Positions 24,901 to 35,045 of a DNA stretch of 64,000 nucleotides are shown piece after piece. A program made the position numbers and the translations under genes. Under the pieces are notes generated by a model. That model saw only the letters and a program-made list of their open reading frames with translations, did not search any database and was not told where the DNA came from. Source of the stretch: Amoebophrya sp. A120 (taxonomy: Eukaryota; Protista; Dinoflagellata); NCBI GenBank assembly GCA_905178155.1, contig CAJINV010000012.1:1182492-1246491 (forward strand), written 5' to 3'. Position 1 is the first letter of the stretch; each line of letters begins with the position of its first letter.

Positions 24901-27900
24901 ATGAGAAACATCTGCGCTTCTTTGTATTGGGTTTTTCGCGTGCCAAACTGCGTTTTTGGATGACAGGCAAAAGGGTCTCTTCTTGGACACGCATCACAAA
25001 CTTTTTGGTCAGGCCAGACAAGCATGACAAATCTCAAAATCTTCCTGAACCAGACATTTTTGCATTTGATAACTTCCTCTATCAAACGAAAAAAGTTCGC
25101 CACGATAACTCACGCGCTTTTTTGCGAATGCAAAACGTTCGGGGGCCATGCGCAAAAATTATGCATCTTCACAGCCAAACTTCATAAGGGATTTCCCTAG
25201 AAGTGTTTGTTTCTGCAATTATACAAGGACGAAAAGCTGCGACGCCAAAAAAAATTGTAAAAATGCAAAGCCTGCAACTTAGTGACGGTGACAAACAACT
25301 TTTTTCCATATCCTCGTCCGGTGTTGCACTACCAATTCGCGAGGAAACGAAGGCCGAGAGTGGGAGCTGAATGAGCTTGGACGTCGTCGCAGTCGCTTGT
25401 CCCTGGTGGACTACAGTCCGGTATGCATTGCAAATATGTCTGGATGTCTGGAAACTTGTAATGCTAGAAGTGAATGATAGACGCACTGCAATACGCAGCT
25501 ACTCATGACAAATTTTTTGGCTGCCATGTCTTACGTATTCCGCATGGCAAACTGCGTTTTTGCGTGACAGGTAAGAGGGCTTTCTCCTGCCTATGCAACA
25601 CAGATTCTCGAGTCATGCCAGACAAGCATGACAAACTTGCCTTCTTCCAGACCCAGACACTTTTCCATTTGATATCCGGAGGCTGGCTACGCTTTCATCA
25701 TCATCTGTGGAACGAAGAACTTCCGGCGTCCGGTCCTGCACGTGAGAGGTGACCAACGCTGGCAGAAGCTTCGCCTGGATATGAATTGCAAAAGTATCGT
25801 ACTCGTAGAAATGCATCACAAATTTCCTCAGCATGAGAAAGAAAATTTGTAATGCGGATTTACCTTAACAATGCATGATTGCAATACGAGTACGATACTT
25901 TTGCACAGGATACTGGATATTGGCGACCAAATCCGCGAACTGCTTCTTCTGGATTATCGTAAGGAAAAATCCCTTCTCACCATATTGAACACGCATGCGC
26001 CTGAAATAAATTTGTGATGTAGATTTGTGACCACAAATAATCCTGTTTGTCTTGCAAGAAGGCAAATCTAGTAGAGAGTCCGCCGCACTATGTAGGCGGC
26101 TTTTGAAGATGCTGCTGGGCCTACAGCATAGACGTTTGTCATGCTAGGCACCTACGTAAAAACCTCTCGTCTCAGGCTTGGCATCTGCCTGCAGTCCTCT
26201 GCTGCAAGACAAACGCGATTTGTGTATCCACATCCAGCATCAGAAGTTTCGTTTTCGATATGGGGAGGGGGGATTTTTCCTTTTGATATGGATCCCGAGC
26301 GCATCGCTGCTCACGTCCGGATAAATGTCCTTGGCGTCGCTGTTCACGTTTTTTACCAAGCCCTGCAGGATGGTGACCAGCTGCGCCCCCGTGTGCACCG
26401 TGGCATCGCCCACCTGCAGCGCCCGCAGCGACTGCTCCATATCAAATGCAAAAATGTCTGGGTCTGGAAACTTGTGATGCTAAGTGGCGTAGCATGAGGA
26501 GGCCACAAGTGCTGGCTCAGCATGACAAATTTCTGAGCTTGTAGGTGTTGCCTATTCTGCATGACAAATTGCGTCTCCGCAGGACAGAAAAATGCGGCTC
26601 TTGGGCAACGTGCATGACAGATTTAAGCTTCATGCCAGACAAGCATGACAAACATGCATTCTTTTTCTTCCAGACCCAGACATTTTTACATTTGATACTC
26701 CACTTTCCGGAGCAGGCGGTCGAACGTCCGGCGGAAGGGGTCGCTCCTCTCGATGCTGTCCGGCTGACTATGACAGTGCACAACTCCCCCTCGGCCTCAT
26801 TTCTCATGCAAAAGCCCAAATCCAGTTGCAGCTTCCCTGCGTCAGTATTATGCACGGCAAATTCCGGACGCCCAAACAGTACTACATCAGGTACAGAAAT
26901 TTGTCATGCATAGGCTCCACGTGTGCCGGTGTTTGTATTGCTGTTCACGCCACACAAATGAGGAGAGGGGGAGTTGTTGTGCACTCTCATATTGACCCTC
27001 CAGCGCTTTGATCACGTTGTTGTCAAACTTCTGGCGCTTGCCGCCCTTACCCCGCATCAGGTGCTCCTCCGGGTTTTCGAACAAAAATATCGGGCTCTCC
27101 TCGGTGTCCGCTTCCCGAATGTCCGTCGGCGAGCTGGTGGGCAGAATGAACTGGTACTCGTTCGACTGGAACATGTTCTTCCGTTCCGGATTGTTCAGCA
27201 GTGCGTTTTGCAAAATTTCCCGCCGCCCGGCCACGTCATCGTCCTCCGTCTCGCTGTCGCGGATCAAAACGAATACGGATTTATTTTTGTGGTCCTTTTC
27301 GCCAGCAACATCCCGCGATTTTTGGTTCAGCAACGTCCCCTTGGCACCAGCTGCTGCTGCCCCGACTTCCGCGGTTTTCCGCAGCGCGTTCCGTACGACA
27401 GTATCAAAAGGAAAATAAATCCCCCCTCCCCATATCGAAAACGAAATTTGTGCTGCTGTATTTTAGTACACAAGTCGACTCGTATTGCTAGAAGGCCAAG
27501 AGACGCAGTTGCTCCCTCCTTTGCAGGCATATATTGTCATGCTGTTTTCCATTTCCACCATTGGCCTCCTGTCATGCTGAAGACGCATCAGGGCTCTCCT
27601 ACGCCACCCAGCACTTCTAGAGTCCGGTTCTTTTGCCTTCTGGCATGACAACAGGATTCGTGGTCTCAAATCATGCTACACAAATCTCCGCTGCAGTGTG
27701 GGGAGGGGGGATTTATTTTCATTTTGATACACAGTCAAGCTCGTTTCCAGCATGTTCAGGCATATCCTGAGTAAAAACGTACCCACACCAGAGTCAAGAT
27801 GGAAAATCTGCTAGACAAATCGGCCAACTTTGCTTGTTTCGCATGACAAATTTGGACGCGTAGTGTAGTGCTGTTTGTGCTAGTTCAGCAGCATTACAGA

Positions 27901-30630
27901 TCTAGTCTCTCATGCTGATTGGAGCATGACAAATTTCAAAACACCCTTAGAAAATGCTTCTCATGGGGCTCCGCATGACAAACATTTTAAGCATGCAGAT
28001 TTGCATGACAACTATGGTGTGGGTACGTTTTTACTCAGGATAAGGCACGCTTCGTCGTTGACACGGACCGCGTTGGGGCGGAACATCACCACCGAAGAAA
28101 GCCCGTACGCGATGGTAAAGAGCTGCTGGTCGAACTTTTCGCTCAACCCGCCCCGCTTCGGATTGTTGCTGCCTTCGGAGTCGATGAGTATCACCGTCCC
28201 CCGGCCGGACTTGTGGGGAAACACGACAAAGTTTTGGCCGAGCGTGTGTGTGTCGATGCCCGATTTGGACGAAAATTCCTCGAACGGGGCCTCCAGGGCG
28301 GGGTAGCTCTCGGGCGGGGAGATCACCTGTGCGGTATAAAAAAACGTAGAATGAAGATTTAGATTTAGTTAAGTCCTAAAACAATGCAAAGCCTAGCTCC
28401 ACCTGTAGTCGACAGTTGATGTCGACATATTGCGGCGGCCTGCCTGTTCTTTGTTGAAGCACGCCGAGGAGCGAAGTAGAAGAAGAAGTACTACTACTCG
28501 TACTAGCAGACCCTCGTGTGCTGGTCACATAACTAATAGTAGCATCCACTTCACTTTGATGGCGCGGCCCGTTTCATCAGCTACGCGGAGGAGAGAGCTT
28601 GCGTCGCAGCTCGGTCAACATCACGGGTAGATGTACTCATACTAATACTTTTATTTACGCAGCAAAACTCCTGCATGATCATGCCACGATCCGGCGGTTT
28701 CATCTTTTATCATGATTTCTACGTAAATTATAATTTCTGCTCCATGATGAACAATACAGTAGATCTTGTCGAGGACATCGCGTGCTGGGCGGGCTGGGAT
28801 TGGCTTTGGCAAGGTGGTCGTGTCTTACTATCTGCAGGCGAGAGCTTCTCAACGCCACTGTTTGTCGACGATGGTGCACTGGCTCTTGTATTAAAAGCAG
28901 GTCTACTTCCACCTCGTCTTTGTCTTTCATCTTCATCTTGCCTCCCACTATCAATTCCGGGCACGACCACTGCAGCTGGCGCTGCGACAGGAGATGGGGA
29001 AGTTGTACCGGATAAACCGGCCAGACAAAGAGCCGCCCCCGCGCCGCAGACACACCCAGCGACTTCGCACGCGGTGCCGGCTGCCGCGCAAACCCCGGCT
29101 GCAGCTGCGGAAAGACAGGCGCCAGCGCCTGTGCGATAGAAGTATGACGGGGGCTGACGTTGCGGGGGCTGCTGCTGCTGTTCTTTTACTTCGTCCTCGA
29201 AAGAAATTGTGCCTTTCTTTGTCGTTGTCCCAGACGAGCAGGAGCCGGTTTTATTTCGGAGTAGACATGTTGAAAGCATCCTACCGCAGCTCTGCGCGCT
29301 CTCCTTCCCCATTCTCCACGCGGCGGGAAACGCGTAAGTCCTGGACGCGTGTGTCAATCCTGAGGCGGTTGCTTGACACACTTTCGCTGCGATTTTCTTT
29401 GCGGCAAATAATCGCGGTGGGGCGGGGTCGTGCCGAGATGAAGATTCTACCACTGTTGCTCGCGCCGTGGGGGTTGAAGTTGTCCTGACGCCCGTGGCTC
29501 CTAGTACTGGAGCGACCTTTTTCGGTTTTGGTTTTGCCACGTCCTCTCAGCAGCTGCTGTATTTATCCACCCAGAAGGAGGCAAACAGCACTCTTTTTGC
29601 ATGAGTTTCGATATTGCTCTCGTCGCGGCGACTTTCCCATTTCAAGATCGACATGTTCATGCGATAGAACCTCGCATGATAATGTTGACCATTTCCCCGG
29701 CGGAGCGGCCCGGAGCCGGAGCCAGCAGCACGCGATGTTGCAATTATGTTGAGAGCAGTAGTTTATTTTTCTCTAGTAGTTGCGGTATTATTCTAGAACG
29801 TGAACAATCTCGTGGTCACGACGGCGGTGGTCTACCACACCTTATGTTCTTTCAACATCTTTGTCTAGCCAACATGATCTGTGCTCTACCCTGAGATTAG
29901 CATTATGGACGAGAAGAAAATGTTTATTCATCAATTCCGTGGTACGCCAGCAGTATTCTCAACCTGTTACCTGTCCAGCCGTCCTCGGCCTAAAAGGTGT
30001 TGCCGTACCACTTCCCCCGCCACTGCCCGCCCGCGGACTGCCCCTGCCCGACTGGTAGTAGTGCGCCCCGGCCATTTCCCGCGCCAACAGTGTCAGCAGC
30101 GTGCTCTTCCCGCTGCGAAAGGTCCCGTGCACGGCGGCCACGTAAAAGGGTCCCGGCCACTTTTGCAACATAGAGATAGCTTCTGAAGAGAGCGAGAATT
30201 CGTACTCGCCTGGAGCACCTCCAGATGCGTTTGGTGTCGTGGACGACGTAGTAGTTCCTGAGGAAGTTGTGTTCTTTCTCTTTAATTTGTGCGTGACCAA
30301 CGGAAAGGGCCCGTCCATGTGAAAGTGGTTCCCGGCGCCACGGTAACTCCACAACATCTCATGCGAAGAGGACTGGTCCTGATAGTGTTCCTGAGACTTC
30401 TCCGAAGTCGCTGGTGTTTTTACCGCCTTCACTTGCAAACCAAAAACGACGATGGTGGAGGCCGGATGGTGGAGCCCGAAAAAAAATTCACAAGCCAAGA
30501 CACCGGACAGGACCGTAGAAGCCAGCTTGACACGTGAACTCGCAGCACGACCAGCCACAGTGCGACGCGCAGCCCCCAGGGACGAGGTGCGCTCGTGCAA
30601 AAGAAGACTCGAAGGTGCTGGAGCTGCCAT
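21914..30630 (-). CDS. Guanylate-binding protein / atlastin-like large GTPase; 15 introners and one 1.6-kb GT-AG intron (28327-29970)
   Basis: P-loop VAAVHGTFRSGKSTLL; switch I DTHTLG; VILIDSEG..DQQLFTIAYGLSSVVMF; FVLIRDS (RD motif); C-terminal E/R-rich coiled coil ending CSIQ* (CaaX). The junctions I translated stay in frame. Confidence 0.88.
22335..22656. mobile_element. Introner family F
   Basis: TIR TATCAAGAGGAAAAATCCCCCCTCCCCATATC; direct repeat ATCTC. Confidence 0.93.
22727..22989. mobile_element. Introner family A
   Basis: Family A TIRs; direct repeat ACCAT. Confidence 0.93.
23243..23522. mobile_element. Introner family G
   Basis: TIR TATCCTGAGTAAAAACGT(A/C)CCCACACCAG; direct repeat CGCCT. 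Confidence 0.95.
23554..23815. mobile_element. Introner family A
   Basis: Family A TIRs; direct repeat CCTTG. Confidence 0.93.
24137..24443. mobile_element. Introner family F
   Basis: Family F TIRs; direct repeat CACAA. Confidence 0.93.
24550..24760. mobile_element. Introner family D
   Basis: TIR TATCGCAAGAAAAAAGTGTTACAG / CTGTAACACTTTTTTCTGGTGATA; direct repeat TAAAG. Confidence 0.93.
24819..25071. mobile_element. Introner family A
   Basis: Family A TIRs; direct repeat ACTTC. Confidence 0.93.
25080..25310. mobile_element. Introner, singleton family
   Basis: TATCAAACGAAAAAAGTT / AACTTTTTTCCATA; direct repeat TCCTC. Confidence 0.8.
25422..25674. mobile_element. Introner family A
   Basis: Family A TIRs; direct repeat TCCGG. 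Confidence 0.92.
25780..25912. mobile_element. Introner family B
   Basis: Family B TIRs; direct repeat CTGGA. Confidence 0.92.
25955..26288. mobile_element. Introner family F
   Basis: Family F TIRs; direct repeat TGGAT. Confidence 0.9.
26440..26697. mobile_element. Introner family A (subfamily A2)
   Basis: Family A TIRs; direct repeat CTCCA. Confidence 0.94.
26769..26991. mobile_element. Introner family C
   Basis: TATGACAGTGCACAAC / GTTGTGCACTCTCATA; repeat CTGAC/TTGAC. Confidence 0.9.
27402..27729. mobile_element. Introner family F
   Basis: Family F TIRs; repeat GACAG/CACAG; removal restores the frame. Confidence 0.9.
27763..28042. mobile_element. Introner family G
   Basis: Perfect TIR TATCCTGAGTAAAAACGTACCCACACCA; direct repeat AGGCA. 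Confidence 0.95.
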
Positions 30631-31053
30631 CTTGTTTGGTGCCTGTGATTAGCGACTGATCTTCAGCGACTGATGTTCACCTCGATCAGAGGATCTGTTT
30701 TCGAGGTAAGTAGCTGTAAAACGAATGTTGAAAAGAAGTACCAGAACTACAAGACCTGGTGCAGTATTCCAAGCGTCGGACAGAGGCAAACGTAATTATG
30801 AACCGCCTAGCAAGCACGTGTAAGTAAGTAGTTGTCAAGAGTAGAAGCAGCACAAGCAAAGGGCTTGCTGTGCGAAAAGTGGAGAAAACTCCACCTCCTT
30901 CTGGACGACTTGCAAAATTGATCTGATATGAAGCGCCAGTCTTAAGTATTTTTTTCCAGGGCGGCAGTTGAGCTAGCTACCTCCTTAATACGATGGCACG
31001 ACTGCATTTGGCATAATAATTACGTTGGAACTGCAGCCCTTGAATCTTGCGTC

Positions 31054-31165
31054 TTCTTCACAGATCTTGCAGTATACTTCGAAAGCATGTCTTCACAGAT
31101 CTTGCACGGTCGGTGGATAAGGATATGTCTTTGTCTTCACAGATCTTGGATAGTGGATAAAAATA
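31054..31165. repeat. Three short direct repeats of TCTTCACAGATCTTG
   Basis: Copies near 31055, 31090 and 31134; GTGGATAA follows the last two. Confidence 0.65.
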
Positions 31166-31599
31166 TTGCCGCGATTCACAACTCGTGGCTCCGATCAATG
31201 CGACCAACGGTCGATATGCGTGCGCCGATCCTGCTCGTGCTTAGAATCTAAACGATGCTGGTGGAATAAATCCCGCTGCACTAGATCGTCCCAATCTGAT
31301 CTTTTTCATCTTTTTCATATCTGCGTATCTACATCTAGAAGCTTTTAGGTCCTCCTTGTAGTTGTGCTATCTAGCAGCGGACGAGATCTGCTTCGAACAC
31401 AGCTTGCGATTATTTTCGCGGTAAAATAAAGGTTTTAGACCTACGTGCAGCAGAAAAGATTCGCACGGCTTTCCTCACTCGAATCTTCGTTGATTACTAC
31501 TGATCGCACAAAGAAGAACTTATACTTTTTCGCTGCAAATCAGGTAGTTACTAAACAACATGGGGCGCTAGTTTGATGTGATCTTTGCGTGGTTTTATA

Positions 31600-34500
31600 T
31601 CAGTCGTATCTGTGTCCTATCGTTGCGTTCGGAGGTTGATACGAACCCCACCTTCTGTATCAAATGTAAAAATGTCTGGGTCTGGAAGAGTGCGCGATTT
31701 GTCATGCAGCTTTTCCATGACCCATGAGGTCTGAAATGCAGGACCTAGCATGACAGAGTCTGTGCGATCTCTCTCATGCCTATCCTGCATGAGAAACTCC
31801 CTCCCGACTTGGTCAAAACTGGGCGACTTTTGGTAATCATGCAACACAGATTTTTCGCATGCTTCAGATTTAGCATGACAAGTTGCATTCTTCCAGACCC
31901 AGACATTTTTACATTTGATATTCTGCTGTCGTACCTGTTTTTGCTTTCCGAACGCCGACTACTCGTTGCGGAAAAATTGGTCATTTCGATCTCGTCATCA
32001 GAGTCGGCCTATCCAGTGCAAATATGTCTGGGTCTGGAAACTTGTGATGCTACGTGGCGATGATTGAGCATACTCCTGAGAGCAGCCAAGCATGACAGAT
32101 TTTCGGGACGCTTCCTCATGCGTGATGCGCATGAGAAACTGCGCCATGACAAAGAATTCGGGCTTTTGTCGGTCACGCAAGACAGATTTTACAGGAGTGC
32201 AAGACAAGCAATACAGATTCCAATTTTACCAGACCCAGACATATTTGCATTTGATACGGCCAGACCGAGCTTCACAAAAAGCATCTTTGCGACGTTGCCC
32301 TTGTAGCACACGAGGTAGGCAAACACGCCCAGGAAAAGCCAGGGGAGGTACTGCGTGAAGAAAACGGAGGCGGGTATGGAAGAGTGACACAGTGCTTTGT
32401 CTTTACTCGAGCTCCACGCACGGTCTCAATTTGAATTTCATGCATCTTCATCAAAGTACAATAGTTACAGGTTGCCGGTGCCACCTCGCGCTGAGTAAAA
32501 GCACGACGCTGCGCATGGCAAGAGGCGACACAGTTCTACTGCTCCATCCGCGGCCACTTAAACTTAGTTGCACGTAGATCAAGAACATGAAAACCCCTGT
32601 AAAACTTTGCGTCAACGCGACACGTTCACGTAGAACGAACTCTACAAGAGTGCAAGTTGTTCTAAAAAGTTGTGCCAAATGGATACAGGTTGTCGACGCG
32701 GTTACCGTCCCGTCGGTGTGCTCATGCTCCTCCGGCGCGTGCAAGGGAGCTCCTGCTGCTGTTTCCCCATGTGCTTCGCCGTCCTGACTCGTCCTGGCAG
32801 CATCCTTTTCGACTGGATGCTTTATTTTGTTTTTCCGTTCTCGGCGAGACCGGGCGGAGGCTGAGGAGCTCCCTGATTCTTGGCGCGACGTAGTAGATTC
32901 GTCGACGTTCATCTTCATATCAGACGAGGCGCCATGAGAGGTCTTTTTCATTGCGTCAGTATTTTTGCTTCCACCAGTGCTGTCAGGAAGATTACTAGTA
33001 CTGTCGACCGCACTATTCATCTCGCCTCGCCCTCTCCCGCTACTTGTTTCGACTTCTTTGGGCAATTCATAGATCACCACGTCGCTCACACTGGCGCCGT
33101 GCGTCTTGCGCTGCTTTAAGTGCAAGCAGGTAACAGTGTAGGAAGTATCTGTGATGTTGATGAAAGTGCATTATTTCATACGACCACCGATATTGAAAGC
33201 TACTACTTACAACTTCTAGATCTAGGTACAAGGTTATCAGAACACCATACCATGGGTATTCTAGTCCGAGAATATATGAAACCACGCATGAGAACTATAA
33301 TTTTTTCGTCTAGAATATTAGTAAAATTTACCTTTCACGAGCGGCGTTTGCCGATAGGTGGTGCGAAACTGCAGATTGGTAAACTCCATGCCGGCTTCTG
33401 ACTCTTCGCACCCGGGGTTCTCTTCACTGCCGACGAACGACTATCGCAAGGAAAAATCCCCATTCCCCATATCGAAAACGAAACTCGTCATGCTGCATTT
33501 GAGTACACCGATCAGACTTGTCTTGCTGGAGAGGACTGCAGGCCTATAATGAGACTGAGTAGAGAAGTCTTGCGCTAGGCTCTGAGCATGGCACGCGTCT
33601 AGTCTGTAGGGCCAACAGCATCAGAAAACGCCTGCCGAATGCGGCGGAGCCTGTGGAGTTGCGTTCTTGCAAGACAGAGACGATTTGTGGTCACAAATCA
33701 GCATTGCAACTTTTCTGAGACACACCTTTTCGATATGGGGAGGGTTAATTTTTCCTCGCAATAAGGACGTTCTCAACCTTCGGCGCGAAAGACAACATCG
33801 GACTTTGTTATTTCTTGTTGTGTATGGATTGCAGATGTGTCTGGGTCTGGAAAGAATGGGATTTGTCATGCTAACTTGCGAGCAGAGAAAAATCTGTATT
33901 GCATTGAGCAGCAAAAGGTGCTCAGATTTTTGCTTCCCGGAGACCCATTTCTCATGCAGAATACGCATGAGAAACCCTTGGCGGAACCTGTAATGCTAGA
34001 GTATGCATCACCGACATCGCGTTCCTTCGCGGGTCATGTAAAATTTGCATGACAAACGCCCTCGATCTTCCAGACCCAGACGCAGACATGTTTGCAATGC
34101 ATATTATGGAAGTAGATGATGACGACCTGGTAGTTGCGGCGCTGGTGTTTGCTTGTAGATTACGAACTCGCGCAATAACCACACCCGTGTTGCTGGCAAC
34201 TCTTAGGGAAACTGTTTTTATGGAAAAAAGCAACTTTCAAATGGATCCATATCAGTCTTAACGAGGGAAGTAGATGAAGAAAACGAGGGTATAACTTCGC
34301 CGCGTTCAAACCATAAAGGACAAGAAAGATCTTGCTTATGATTTTGATTTTATCGCTCAAAGCATTACTTAAATACGAATTTTTGCCTGCGGGGTCGTGA
34401 CGGCGCCGGCACTATCCGTGTCCGCGGCTGATGGCGTGCCTTGGGAGGACGAGGTGTGCGACGAAACAGATTCCGATCCAGTACCCAGCGAGGTGGAGAC

Positions 34501-34650
34501 GACTCCTGTAGAAGAGCCGTAGGTCCTCATCTCCGCGTCGCCCTGCCGTTGCCGTTCCTGATTTTTTCTTGTTTTAGCTGTAGTAGCAACATCAAGTAGG
34601 GTTTTTTTATCGACATGAGGATCATAGATAGCGCCACCACGACTCAACAT
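31600..34650 (-). CDS. Multi-exon hypothetical protein; ends approximate
   Basis: Minus-strand ORF pieces (34369-34650, 34160-34360, 33067-33285, 32451-33125) are separated by four introners and AT-rich introns. No recognisable domain. Confidence 0.4.
31658..31920. mobile_element. Introner family A
   Basis: Perfect TIR TATCAAATGTAAAAATGTCTGGGTCTGGAAGA; direct repeat TTCTG. Confidence 0.95.
32010..32256. mobile_element. Introner family A
   Basis: Family A TIRs; direct repeat CGGCC. Confidence 0.93.
33442..33763. mobile_element. Introner family F
   Basis: Family F TIRs; repeat ACGAC/AGGAC. Confidence 0.88.
33823..34103. mobile_element. Introner family A
   Basis: Family A TIRs; repeat TTGTG/TTATG. 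Confidence 0.85.
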
Positions 34651-35045
34651 AGTCTAAGTACCTCCCTTTCAGGGTCAGACTGAGCCTGAAAAGCCGTGGT
34701 CATAGGCTCCGCAAGCATGCATGAGAAGTGGTGATCATATTAACTACCGAACGAGATTATTCGTAAACAACTTAGTCGTTCATAGTACCCGTTCTGACAT
34801 GTGCACGCCATCCCCATGATCGTCAGAAGCCGTGGTTGACCCCGAACTCTCGTATCCATCAAAAACAAGCCCGCTTATGTTCCCCGACTCCAATAAACCC
34901 GATCATCATTCGACGCACACAGTGATATGCAGAAACACTACACGTTAGACTTTAACGAGTATGAGTAAAAACCATTGACTACACAAAAAAAGAATATTGT
35001 TCGTGAGCAGGAATAGAGTGGTGAAGCAGGAGCTTGTGCTTATCA

